This document shows positions 28,691-37,882 of a DNA stretch of 64,000 nucleotides, one piece after another. The notes beneath the pieces were generated by a model, which worked only from the letters and a program-made list of their open reading frames with translations, had not been told where the DNA came from and searched no databases. The stretch is from positions 14,310 to 78,309 of the forward strand of contig JAMXLJ010000093.1 of assembly GCA_024281095.1 (NCBI GenBank), written 5' to 3'. Every line of letters starts with the position of its first letter. The first letter of the stretch is position 1. A program made the translations under genes and the position numbers. Source of the DNA: Acidimicrobiia bacterium (GTDB lineage: Bacteria > Actinomycetota > Acidimicrobiia > IMCC26256 > JAMXLJ01).

Positions 28691-29680
28691 TCAGCGGGTA
28701 GGGCGGGGCAACGTCACTTCCGCGACGAGCGAGCCGTCCTCCTCCGAGAGCGTGAGGCTGCCGGCCAGATCCGTTGCGGCGGCAGCAACCGCCTCGAGCG
28801 CGGGCGCGGCGTCCGCGTCGGCGGTCCAGCCCGTACACGACACGGTCAGTCCCACGGAGTCCGCCGCGCTGCGCACGGTCACGGCGATGCTCTCGGAACG
28901 CTTCGCAACCGCGGCGAGCAGTTCCTGTGCCATCCGCAGTGCGCCGAGCGCGAACGCGGCATCGAGCTCGGCCTCCATCACCGCCTCGGCGAGCTCCGCG
29001 TACGTGCCGACGTCCTCGCGAAGCAGCTCGACCTCGGTGGTCAGGGCAGCAGCGAGACGCTCGGCCGGCCCGATGAGCTCCGCGTCCGCCGCCGCGGGCT
29101 CGGGAAGCCATCCGGAACGGTGCTGGCGCAGCAGCTCGAGGCGCCACAGTGCTTCCGACAGCCCGGGCGGGCCGGTCTCGAGCGACACCTGGTGCGCGAG
29201 CCGCGCGATCTGGTCCTCGAGCGCCCGGGCCCGGGCCTCCTGGTCGGAACACCGCTGCTCCGCGTCCTTCGCGTCGCGTTCACTCGCCTCGGCTCGCTGC
29301 TCCAGTGCGACGTGCGGGCGCCGGTCGCGCATCACGACGACAGAACCGCCGGGCACCACGACCTCCCGATAGACGACCGGGACCGGGTCGCCACCGGACG
29401 CGTGCACCTCACGCGCTCCGCTGGTGCGGTCATCGCGAAGCACGCGTTGATCGAACGCGCCGGGTTCGCCGAGATCGCTCGCACTCCAGCCGAGCAGTGT
29501 GCGCGCCCGATCATCGACCGCGACGACGCGACGCGCCCGGTCGAGGCGCAGTGTCGCGTCGTCGGGCGCGACCAGCGCTTCGAGCGCCGGCACTTGACGC
29601 GCAATGCGCACGGACATGATCACGAGGATCACCGCGACGACGACGAGAACGCCGGCAACCGCGACCGCGACCACACCCAC
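28691..29680 (-). CDS. Membrane PAS-like / coiled-coil protein with a degenerate HATPase_c-like domain
   Basis: N-terminal TM helix; PAS-like VVAVDDRARTLLGW; C-terminus resembles NarX/DesK-type kinase ends (LRMAQELL ... LAGSLTL ... VTLP). Confidence 0.6.
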   Translation of the reverse strand: MGVVAVAVAGVLVVVAVILVIMSVRIARQVPALEALVAPDDATLRLDRARRVVAVDDRARTLLGWSASDLGEPGAFDQRVLRDDRTSGAREVHASGGDPVPVVYREVVVPGGSVVVMRDRRPHVALEQRAEASERDAKDAEQRCSDQEARARALEDQIARLAHQVSLETGPPGLSEALWRLELLRQHRSGWLPEPAAADAELIGPAERLAAALTTEVELLREDVGTYAELAEAVMEAELDAAFALGALRMAQELLAAVAKRSESIAVTVRSAADSVGLTVSCTGWTADADAAPALEAVAAAATDLAGSLTLSEEDGSLVAEVTLPRPTR

Positions 29681-29713
29681 GGCGTGCAGGCTATGCGTGT
29701 TGTGCGCGCGCGG

Positions 29714-30670
29714 TCACCCCGCGAGCAGCTCCCGTGCGCCTGTGTCGGCCGAGGGATGACGCAAACGCGCCAGTGCCTTCGACTCGATCTGCCGGATCCG
29801 CTCACGCGTGAGGCTGAACAGCGCGCCCACCTCCTCGGGCGTGCGCGGCTCGCCCCGGTCGAGGCCGAAGCGCAGCCGCAGGATCTCACGCTCGCGCTCG
29901 TCGAGCACCGAGAGCAGCTTCTCGACCTCGGCGGGCAGCATCGCGTTCGCAGCCACGTCGAACGGCGCCTCAGCCGAACGATCCTCGATGAGGTCGCCCA
30001 GCTCGGTCTCACCATCCTCGCCGACGAGCTCCGACAGCGAGACCGGCTCCGACGCATGACGCAACAGCTCCGTGACCTTGGCCTCGGGAGTGTCGAGCGC
30101 CTCGGACAGCTCGCTCAGCGTCGGCCCGCGGCCGAGCTCGGCCTCGAGCTTGGCCCGGGTCTTCTGCAGCCGGGCGAGCTCGTCGCCCGCGTGCACCGGC
30201 AGCCGGATCGTGCGGCCGGTGTTCGCGATGCCGCGCTGGATCGCCTGGCGGATCCACCAGGTCGCGTACGTGGAGAACTTGAACCCCTTGCGCCAGTCGA
30301 ACTTCTCGACCGCGTGCATGAGGCCGAGATTGCCCTCCTGCACCAGGTCCAGAAGCGGGAGACCGGACGCCTGGTAGCGCTTCGCGATCGACACGACGAG
30401 GCGGAGGTTCGCGTTCACGAAGGTCTGACGGGCCGCTTCACCCCGGCGGGCGATGCGACCGAGCTCGGCACGGTCGGAGCGGCTCAGCGCGGCATCGGCC
30501 CGCTCGAGGGCTTCGCGCGCGTCGCGGCCGGCCTCGATCTCCTGCGCCAGACGGGCCTCGTCAGCCTTCGTGAGCAACTCGTGGCGGCCGATGTCGTCGA
30601 GGTAGAGGCGGACGAGGTCCTCGTCCGGTGCCTCGGCTCGGCGGTCGACTCGCTTGGTGGTTCGGGCCAA
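29714..30670 (-). CDS. RpoD/SigA-family sigma-70 factor lacking region 1.1 (group 2-like)
   Basis: [56 protein letters not shown]; TTG start with a GGAGGA RBS. Confidence 0.92.
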   Translation of the reverse strand: MARTTKRVDRRAEAPDEDLVRLYLDDIGRHELLTKADEARLAQEIEAGRDAREALERADAALSRSDRAELGRIARRGEAARQTFVNANLRLVVSIAKRYQASGLPLLDLVQEGNLGLMHAVEKFDWRKGFKFSTYATWWIRQAIQRGIANTGRTIRLPVHAGDELARLQKTRAKLEAELGRGPTLSELSEALDTPEAKVTELLRHASEPVSLSELVGEDGETELGDLIEDRSAEAPFDVAANAMLPAEVEKLLSVLDEREREILRLRFGLDRGEPRTPEEVGALFSLTRERIRQIESKALARLRHPSADTGARELLAG

Positions 30671-31057
30671 TGATCCTCCATCAGTCGTCCCGTCGCGGCG
30701 GGGGGCACGCGCCGGGGACGATTCCCGGGCACCCTGTGGGTGCTCCCCGGGGTCTCCCAAAAAGGAACGCCCGTTCGGCAGGCTTTGTTCCATGTTGGTC
30801 GGCGGAGCGGGCGTTCTCCGAACCGGGCGGACGAGCCCGCTGACCAGGCACGCTCTGAAGTGGTGGCGCCATGGGACGCTCCCGCCGAGCACACGGTTCC
30901 AACTCCGCCGCCGCCCCGTGCATTCCACCGAGGCGATCCAGACGTGCCCGCTCGTTCTGCCACGGAGTGCGTTACACGACCACTCCCCCCTCCGTCGGGG
31001 GATCAAACGGGCGGGAGGGCGGTCCCCGCTCCGTCTGCTGAGTACGCTGCCCCGCCC

Positions 31058-31852
31058 GTGGCCGACATCGTCGACAACTTCCGGGTCGCAGACCGCGTCG
31101 CCGTGATCACCGGGGCCGGGCGGGGCATCGGAGCGGCCGTGGCCCGGACGCTCGCTTCCGCCGGGGCCGACGTCGGTCTCACGGCCCGGACCGCCGACCA
31201 GCTCGAGGACGTCGCGGCCCAGATCCGTGAGCTCGGTCGGCGGGCCGTTGTGGTGCCGGGGGACGTCAACGACACCTCGGTGCTGGCGAGGCTGGTGGAT
31301 CGCACGGTCACGGAGCTCGGTCGCCTCGACATCGTCGTGAACAACGCGGGCGGCACGGCGCCACGGCCGTTCCTGGCGACGAGCGAGGGCTACCTCGAGC
31401 GGGCGTTCCACTTCAACGTGACGACCGCGTTCGCACTCGCCAAGGCGGCCACGCCGCACCTTCTCGAGAGCGGCGAGGGCGCGGTGGTCAACATCTCGTC
31501 CGCGATCGGACGGCTGCGTGACCGCGGGTTCGTCGCGTACGGCACCGCCAAGGCCGCCCTCACGCACCTCACCCGGCTCATGGCCGCCGATCTGGCGCCG
31601 CGGGTGCGGGTGAACGGGATCGCGGTCGGGTCGGTCGCGACGTCCGCGTTGGAAACGGTCCTCACCGACGATGCGATCCGCGAGGAGATGGTGCACCGCA
31701 CGCCGCTGCGCCGGCTCGGACGGCCCGACGACATCGCACTGTGCGCCCTGTACCTGGCGTCGCCGGCCGCGAGCTTCGTCACCGGCAAGATCTTCGAGGT
31801 CGACGGAGGGCTCGAAGAACCGAATCTCGCGCTCGGTCTGCCCGACCTCTGA
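31058..31852 (+). CDS. SDR family oxidoreductase
   Basis: [12 protein letters not shown] and YGTAK motifs. Confidence 0.92.
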   Translation: MADIVDNFRVADRVAVITGAGRGIGAAVARTLASAGADVGLTARTADQLEDVAAQIRELGRRAVVVPGDVNDTSVLARLVDRTVTELGRLDIVVNNAGGTAPRPFLATSEGYLERAFHFNVTTAFALAKAATPHLLESGEGAVVNISSAIGRLRDRGFVAYGTAKAALTHLTRLMAADLAPRVRVNGIAVGSVATSALETVLTDDAIREEMVHRTPLRRLGRPDDIALCALYLASPAASFVTGKIFEVDGGLEEPNLALGLPDL

Positions 31853-31853
31853 T

Positions 31854-32456
31854 TCAGGACGCTTCGGCCGCGGCGGGGCGGTACGCGCAGACGAGCACGC
31901 CCGTGCTCGCGGTCGTCGCCGACACGAGCTCGAGTGGCCGTGCCTCGCGGTCGTCGGGGAAGAGCCGCTTGCCACCGCCGAGGAGGATCGGCTCGAGCAT
32001 GAGCCGGTACTCGTCGACGAGATCGTTGCTGATGAGCTGCCGCGCGAGCGAGGGACTGCCCATCACCTGCATCGCGCCACCCGGCTGCTCACGTAACGCA
32101 CGAATGGCGCCGAGTGCGTCGGCTGCGGGAAGCAGCTTGCTGTTGGTCCAGGTGAGGTCGTCCTGCGTCAGTGTGCGCGAAGCGACGTACTTGTCGATCT
32201 CGTTCATACGATCGGCGAACGGATCCCCGGCCCGATCCGGCCACGCCGCCGCCATCGTCTGCCACGTGCGTCGCCCGAAGAGGAGCGCGTCCGTGGCCGC
32301 CATCACCTCGCCGATCACCGGGCCCATCGCGTCGGGATCGAAGAACGGCATCGACCAGGCACCGTGCCGGAACCCGCCATCCGTGTCCTCCTCGCGGCCG
32401 CCCGGAGCCTGAACGACGCCGTCGAGGCTCATGAAGTCACTGAGGATGATGCGCAT
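31854..32456 (-). CDS. Dihydrofolate reductase (RibD C-terminal-like) family protein
   Basis: [35 protein letters not shown]; AAGGAG RBS. Confidence 0.88.
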   Translation of the reverse strand: MRIILSDFMSLDGVVQAPGGREEDTDGGFRHGAWSMPFFDPDAMGPVIGEVMAATDALLFGRRTWQTMAAAWPDRAGDPFADRMNEIDKYVASRTLTQDDLTWTNSKLLPAADALGAIRALREQPGGAMQVMGSPSLARQLISNDLVDEYRLMLEPILLGGGKRLFPDDREARPLELVSATTASTGVLVCAYRPAAAEAS

Positions 32457-32528
32457 GCCGGCTCCTTGGGTGAGTTCGATGGTTTCGACGCCGCGATGCA
32501 CGCGAAGTCATCGGCCTAATCTCCCCGC

Positions 32529-33113
32529 ATGGCCGCGCCCGTCATCCCGATCACCGGCAACGACGAGGCCGATCGGCTGCTCGTCGACGACCCGTTCGCG
32601 CTGTTGCTCGGCATGCTCCTCGACCAGCAGGTACCCATGGAGGTGGCGTTCCGGGCGCCGTGGGTGTTGAAGCAACGGCTCGGCGGCATGCTCGACGCGA
32701 CCGCGCTGGCGGCGATGGACCCCGACGCCGTCGAGGCGGCATTCAGGGAGAAGCCCGCACTGCACCGGTTCCCGGCCTCGATGGCGAAACGCGCTCATGC
32801 CCTCGCGACGCATGTCGTCGAGAACTACGGGGGCGACGCGGCCGCGATCTGGCGTGACGTCGACGACCCGGCGGTCCTCTTCGAGCGGCTCCGTGCACTT
32901 CCGGGCTACGGCGACGAGAAGGCGAAGATCTTTCTCGCGATCCTCGGCAAGCGGCTCGACGCCGCGCCGAGCGGATGGCAGGCCGTCGCGAAGCCGTTCG
33001 GCGACCCGACGCCCCGGTCTGTGGCCGACGTCGACTCGGCGGAGTCGTTGGCGCGCGTCCGCGAGTGGAAACGGGCCCAGAAGGCGAAGGGCAAGGGGAA
33101 AGGGGACATGTAG
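32529..33113 (+). CDS. HhH-GPD-type base excision repair-like protein
   Basis: PFALLLGMLLDQQVPME, PALHRFP.SMA, LPGYG..KAKIF, RSVADV. Confidence 0.85.
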   Translation: MAAPVIPITGNDEADRLLVDDPFALLLGMLLDQQVPMEVAFRAPWVLKQRLGGMLDATALAAMDPDAVEAAFREKPALHRFPASMAKRAHALATHVVENYGGDAAAIWRDVDDPAVLFERLRALPGYGDEKAKIFLAILGKRLDAAPSGWQAVAKPFGDPTPRSVADVDSAESLARVREWKRAQKAKGKGKGDM

Positions 33114-33115
33114 CA

Positions 33116-33874
33116 ATGCCGGCCAAGGTCGACTTCGCGTACTTCTCGTTCACCGAGATCACCGACCCGGCCGAGCACGACTCGTACAACGAGTGGCACC
33201 TGCTCGATCACATGCCGGAGAATCTTGCGCTCCCCGGCATTGCGTGGGCACAACGCTGGGTCGCCAGTCCCGACCTCCCGGTGTTCGGGGTCGACGAGGC
33301 GTTGCGTCCGGTTCACTACGTGACGGCGTACCTGATGACTGAGCCGGCCGAGCGCACACTGGGTGAGTTCATGGCGCTCGGCGAGCGTCTGCGGTCGCTC
33401 GGCCGCTTTCATCGTCAACGGCAGGCGCTGCTCGGTGGCCCGTTCCGCCTGGTGAAGTGCTACGCCGCGCCGCGCACCCTCGTGAGCGCGGATGCGATCC
33501 CGTACCGGCCGCATCGGGGCATGCTCATCACCGTCGGCGACGTCGTGGAACGCGGGCGCAGCGACGAGGTCGCGCGCTGGCTCGACGACGTGCACGTGCC
33601 CGATCTCCTCACGGTCCCCGGAGTCGCCGGGGTGTGGACGTTCCAGGCGATGCCGGGGGCGACCACCACCCTCCCACCGAACCCGCCGACGCGGTCGGTG
33701 CAGCTGTGCTGGCTCGACGACGACCCGATGACGGTCGGCGGATCGATTGCGGAGAAGGTCGGCGACGTGCCGTTCACCGACGACACCTGGCACATCGCGT
33801 ACCGGCGCACGCTCGCTCCCATCGATCCGCATGGTCCGTTCGACTGGTTCTCGCCGGAGCGGCGTCGTGGGTGA
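33116..33874 (+). CDS. Hypothetical protein with tandem EthD-like (dimeric alpha/beta barrel) domains
   Basis: YNEWH..DHMPE.LALPG and ARWLDDVHVPDLL.VPGV repeats. Confidence 0.6.
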   Translation: MPAKVDFAYFSFTEITDPAEHDSYNEWHLLDHMPENLALPGIAWAQRWVASPDLPVFGVDEALRPVHYVTAYLMTEPAERTLGEFMALGERLRSLGRFHRQRQALLGGPFRLVKCYAAPRTLVSADAIPYRPHRGMLITVGDVVERGRSDEVARWLDDVHVPDLLTVPGVAGVWTFQAMPGATTTLPPNPPTRSVQLCWLDDDPMTVGGSIAEKVGDVPFTDDTWHIAYRRTLAPIDPHGPFDWFSPERRRG

Positions 33875-34643
33875 CACGGTGGTCTACGAGCGCGACGGCA
33901 ACCTCGTCACGATCACGTACAACCGCCCCGAAGTTCTCAACGCGATCAACGCCGAGCTGCGCCAAGACCTCAACGACGCATGGACGCGCTTCCGCGACGA
34001 CGAGGAGGCGTGGGTCGCCATCCTCACGGGCGCGGGCGACTCGTTCTGCGCCGGCGCCGATCTCCACGACGGCGCGGGTGCGGCCGGCACATTCCCCGGC
34101 TCGTTCTGGGAGATCCCCACGATCAACTCGTTCGAGAGCGGCCTCGAGCTGTGGAAGCCGACGATCGCGGCAATCGACGGGTACTGCCTGGGGTACGGCC
34201 TCACCGCGGTCGCCGCGTGCGACTTCGTCATCGCGACCGAGCGGGCCCAGTTCGGGTTCCCGGAGGTCCGCCTCGGCGTGCCGACGATCGTCGGGGCGAT
34301 CAGGCTCCCAGGCCGCATCTCGATGCAGCACGCGCTCGAGCTGCTCCTCACGGGTGATCGGATCGACGCGGGACGGGCCCGCGACATCGGGCTCGTGCTC
34401 GAAGTGGTGCCGCCCGACGAGCTCATGCGGGCGGCGCGACGGCTCGCGGACCGACTGTTGCAGGCTGCACCGCTCGCGGCGCGCGCGACCAAGGAGATGG
34501 CGTACCGCGGCCGGGCGCTCCCCTGGCTCGACGCGGTCCGGATGGGTGAGACGATGCGGAGGGTCGCGGGCGCGACCGAGGACGCGCGCGAAGGCATGGC
34601 CGCGGCGCGCGAAGGCCGCGCACCGAGGTGGCGCGGCCGCTGA
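33867..34643 (+). CDS. Enoyl-CoA hydratase/isomerase (crotonase) family protein
   Basis: NRPEVLNAIN, FCAGADL, KPTIAAIDGYCLG, FGFPEVRLG. Confidence 0.9.
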   Translation: MGDTVVYERDGNLVTITYNRPEVLNAINAELRQDLNDAWTRFRDDEEAWVAILTGAGDSFCAGADLHDGAGAAGTFPGSFWEIPTINSFESGLELWKPTIAAIDGYCLGYGLTAVAACDFVIATERAQFGFPEVRLGVPTIVGAIRLPGRISMQHALELLLTGDRIDAGRARDIGLVLEVVPPDELMRAARRLADRLLQAAPLAARATKEMAYRGRALPWLDAVRMGETMRRVAGATEDAREGMAAAREGRAPRWRGR

Positions 34644-34732
34644 CCCCCCGCGTGCCAGTTGGGTCGCTCAGGCCAGCGATACCGGGGAAGATCGCCCCCA
34701 AAGGCGCGAAGTGCGTTGCAGTCGTGCGGGGG

Positions 34733-37633
34733 TCAGGAGCGGGAGCTCGACTGCTTTCGCTCGGAAGCAGTCGACATCTCGCGGGAGCGCAGCAGCGGTG
34801 CGGGGACCGCGATCTGGAAGTCGACCTGATCCGCCGGCATCGGCCGCGCGATGAGGTAGCCCTGGCACATGGTGCAGTCGAGACGGCGCAGCTCCGCGAG
34901 CTGCTCGGTCGTCTCCACGCCTTCGGCCACGACGCTTAGGTTGAGCGAACGGGCCAGGCCGACGACCGCGTGCACGATCGCCTCGCTCTCGGAGTCGCTG
35001 CCGAGCCCGTCCACGAAGGACCGGTCGATCTTCAGCACGTCGACGGGGAAACGCTTGAGGTACGCGAGCGACGAGTAGCCGGTGCCGAAATCGTCGATGA
35101 CGAGGTGGACGCCCAACGCCTTGACGGCCGAAAGCGTGCGGGCCGCACCGGCCGCGTCGTCCATCAGCACCGACTCCGTGATCTCGAGCCACAGCGACTC
35201 GGCGTCGAGACCCGAGCCGTGCAGCGCCTCGGCGATCGTCGCGACGAGCTCCGGGTCGCCGAGCTGGCGGCCCGAAAGGTTGACGCTGAGGTGCATCGCG
35301 TGCGCACCGGGCACCGTCGCCTGCCAGCGGGCCATCTGCTTGCACGCCTGCTCGAGCACGAACGCGCCGAGCGGCAGGATGAGACCGGTCTCCTCGGCGA
35401 TCGGGATGAACTCGGTGGGAGGGATCGCGCCGCGCGTCGGGTGGTTCCAACGCACGAGGGCCTCCACCCCGACGACCCGGTTCGTGAGCATCGAAGAGAT
35501 CGGCTGGTAGTGCACCTGGAGCTGGCCTTCGTCGATCGCGAGACGAAGGTCGCGTTCGATGTCGAACCGCCGCTGAGCCCGGGCCCGCAACACCTCGTCG
35601 AAGTGCTCGACCCGAGCGCGTCCACGCTCCTTCGCCCGGTACATCGCGACGTCGGCGTCGCGCAACAGCTCCTCGGGATCGGCTGCACCACCCCGCACGA
35701 ACGAGATGCCGATGCTCGCGGTGATGACGACCTGACGACCCGACGAAACCGCGATCGGCTGTGAGATCACGCGAGCGATGTCCTCCGCGCGTCGCATCGC
35801 AGCTTCGTTGTCGGGCAGGTCGGGGCACAGCACGACGAACTCGTCACCGGCGAGCCGGGCGACGGTGTCGACGTTTCGGGTCGCGGCATGGAGTCGTCGC
35901 GCCACTGCGACGAGGACCTCGTCGCCGATGAGGTGCCCCATCGAGTCGTTGACGGTCTTGAAACGGTCGAGGTCGACGAACAGCACCGCGTCGGTCGACT
36001 GGGCGCGGCGGGCATGGGCCAACGCCTGGCGGAGCGACTCGATGAAGACGGGACGGTTGCGCAGACCGGTCAACGCGTCGTGTGTCGCCTGATAGTTGAG
36101 CTGGCTCTCGGCGCTGCGCCGCTCGGTCACGTCCGAGAACGAGCACACCACCCCGTACGGGCGCGACGACGACTCGGCGAGCAGCGGCCGTGAGTTGACC
36201 GACAGCCAGCGCCGGTCGCGACCCGACCGCGCGATGCCGATGAGCAGGTTCGTGCACGGCTCGCCGGTGCGCAACGTCACCGCGGCGGGGTGATCGGCGA
36301 CGGGGAACGGCCGGCCGTCCGTGTGCGTCGCGAGCCGGTCGCCGGAGAACGCGCTGAAGAAGTCGCCGCCGATGGTCACGGGGCCGAGGATGTGCTCGGC
36401 GGCCGCGTTCGCCGCCGTCACGCGGCCGCTGTCGTCGGTGACGATGATGCCTTCCTCGAGCGCCTCGACGACCGCCGTGTAGCGCTCCTCGGCGGCCCGG
36501 CGCTCGGCCTCGGCCCGGCGCGACTCGGTGACGTCGGCACACACGACGACGGATCCGACGACGACGCTGCCGTCGAAGATCGGCGCGACCGACAGGCGCA
36601 CGTCGACGGGACTGCCGTCGGAACGCCGGTGAATGGTCTCGAGGCCGGTAACCGACTCCGTCCCGAAGCCGGCGGTCCCGCCGACCAGCTCGTCGAGTGC
36701 GCGGCCCTCGGCCTCTTCCGCGGTCCAGCCGTAGATGCGCGCCGCAGCCGGGTTCCAACTCTCGACCGCGCCGTGCGCGTCGACGCCGATGATCGCATCG
36801 GAGACGTTCTGCACCAGGCCGGCCTGGTATCGAAGGGTCGCCTGGGCCGCCCGCCGCTCGGTGAGGTCACGCATGATCACCTGGAAGGCGGGCTCACCCT
36901 CCCACTTCGTGCGCACGCTGACCGTCTCGACGACGACCTCGCTGCCGTCGGCGCGCTTGATCCGCGCCTCGGCCGGCTGCGAGTAGTCCTCGTCTTCCTT
37001 CATCGCGGCGATGCGGGCGAGCATCTCGGGCACCGAGTCGGGATGCACCCAGTTGAGCAGCGAGTCGCCGACGACCTCGTCGAGGCTGTCGATGCCCACG
37101 AGGCGCATGGCCGAGACGTTGCCCCAGCGGATCGTGCCGGCCTGGTGGACCATGATCCCGTCGGGGCTGAGCTCGACGAGCAGCCGGTAGCGGTCGATGT
37201 GTTCCTGGAGCGCCTGCGCGGTGCGCAGGTTGTCGGTGATGTCGACGACCACGCCGACGCACGCCACGGGCTCGCGGCCGCGAGCGATGATCTTCGCCCG
37301 CACGAGCAGTACGTGCGATTCACCGTCGGCGTCGAGCACGGGCCGCTCGAGCGAGTACTCGTGCCATGGCGCTCCCCCGGCCGCGACCGCGATGACGGGC
37401 TCGAGGATCCACCGCCCGAGGTCGGCGGTCTCGGGAAGCGGGCCCCGGGCGTCGCCCGCGGGCCGGAAGCCGATCACCTGCTCGAGAGAGCCCCGCCACG
37501 TGAGCTCAGCCGTCGCCAGCTCGAACCGCCAGCTCGCCATCCGCCCGACCGACATCGCGAGGTCGTGGGCAGCCGCGAGGTCGCGACCGGAGTCGCGGTA
37601 CGTCGGCTCGCCCTTCCCGCTGTCGGTGCCCAT
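34733..37633 (-). CDS. Multi-PAS GGDEF-EAL diguanylate cyclase/phosphodiesterase
   Basis: Several PAS domains, HDALTGL, RLAGDEF, VEALVRW, DDFGTGYSS, VVAEGVET. Confidence 0.93.
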   Translation of the reverse strand: MGTDSGKGEPTYRDSGRDLAAAHDLAMSVGRMASWRFELATAELTWRGSLEQVIGFRPAGDARGPLPETADLGRWILEPVIAVAAGGAPWHEYSLERPVLDADGESHVLLVRAKIIARGREPVACVGVVVDITDNLRTAQALQEHIDRYRLLVELSPDGIMVHQAGTIRWGNVSAMRLVGIDSLDEVVGDSLLNWVHPDSVPEMLARIAAMKEDEDYSQPAEARIKRADGSEVVVETVSVRTKWEGEPAFQVIMRDLTERRAAQATLRYQAGLVQNVSDAIIGVDAHGAVESWNPAAARIYGWTAEEAEGRALDELVGGTAGFGTESVTGLETIHRRSDGSPVDVRLSVAPIFDGSVVVGSVVVCADVTESRRAEAERRAAEERYTAVVEALEEGIIVTDDSGRVTAANAAAEHILGPVTIGGDFFSAFSGDRLATHTDGRPFPVADHPAAVTLRTGEPCTNLLIGIARSGRDRRWLSVNSRPLLAESSSRPYGVVCSFSDVTERRSAESQLNYQATHDALTGLRNRPVFIESLRQALAHARRAQSTDAVLFVDLDRFKTVNDSMGHLIGDEVLVAVARRLHAATRNVDTVARLAGDEFVVLCPDLPDNEAAMRRAEDIARVISQPIAVSSGRQVVITASIGISFVRGGAADPEELLRDADVAMYRAKERGRARVEHFDEVLRARAQRRFDIERDLRLAIDEGQLQVHYQPISSMLTNRVVGVEALVRWNHPTRGAIPPTEFIPIAEETGLILPLGAFVLEQACKQMARWQATVPGAHAMHLSVNLSGRQLGDPELVATIAEALHGSGLDAESLWLEITESVLMDDAAGAARTLSAVKALGVHLVIDDFGTGYSSLAYLKRFPVDVLKIDRSFVDGLGSDSESEAIVHAVVGLARSLNLSVVAEGVETTEQLAELRRLDCTMCQGYLIARPMPADQVDFQIAVPAPLLRSREMSTASERKQSSSRS

Positions 37634-37701
37634 CCTGCTCCCGTCGGAGATCAACCCCACCGGGAGTCCTATCGGCCCGACCCCGAGCCAGGTTTACGAG
37701 G

Positions 37702-37835
37702 AGATGGAGCGCAGGCGTGCTCGGAGAGCGGGACGCCGGAGCGGAATCGACCAATTGAAACCAAGATGCAGCGCAGGCGTGCTCGGAGAGCGGGACGCCG
37801 GAGCGGAATCGACCAGTTGAAACCGAGATGGAGCG
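37702..37835. repeat. 62-bp tandem repeat, ~2.2 copies
   Basis: Units 37702-37763 and 37764-37825 differ at 3 positions; a third partial copy covers 37826-37835. Confidence 0.9.
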
Positions 37836-37838
37836 GCA

Positions 37839-37871
37839 ATCCGGGCGCCGGCCCTGTCCCGGCGCCCGGAT
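37839..37871. terminator. Hairpin just downstream of the KAS gene
   Basis: ATCCGGGCGCCGG-CCCTGTC-CCGGCGCCCGGAT forms a 13-bp stem. Confidence 0.6.
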
Positions 37872-37882
37872 GCCCTGCCGGC

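Noticed and set aside
29714-31975. 753-aa sigma factor with a long N-terminal extension
   Set aside because: The extension is antisense to the SDR gene; the RBS supports TTG 30670.
37702-37835. CRISPR array (units end in ATTGAAAC/GTTGAAAC)
   Set aside because: The whole 62-bp units are near-identical, with no unique spacers, and no cas genes are in the window.
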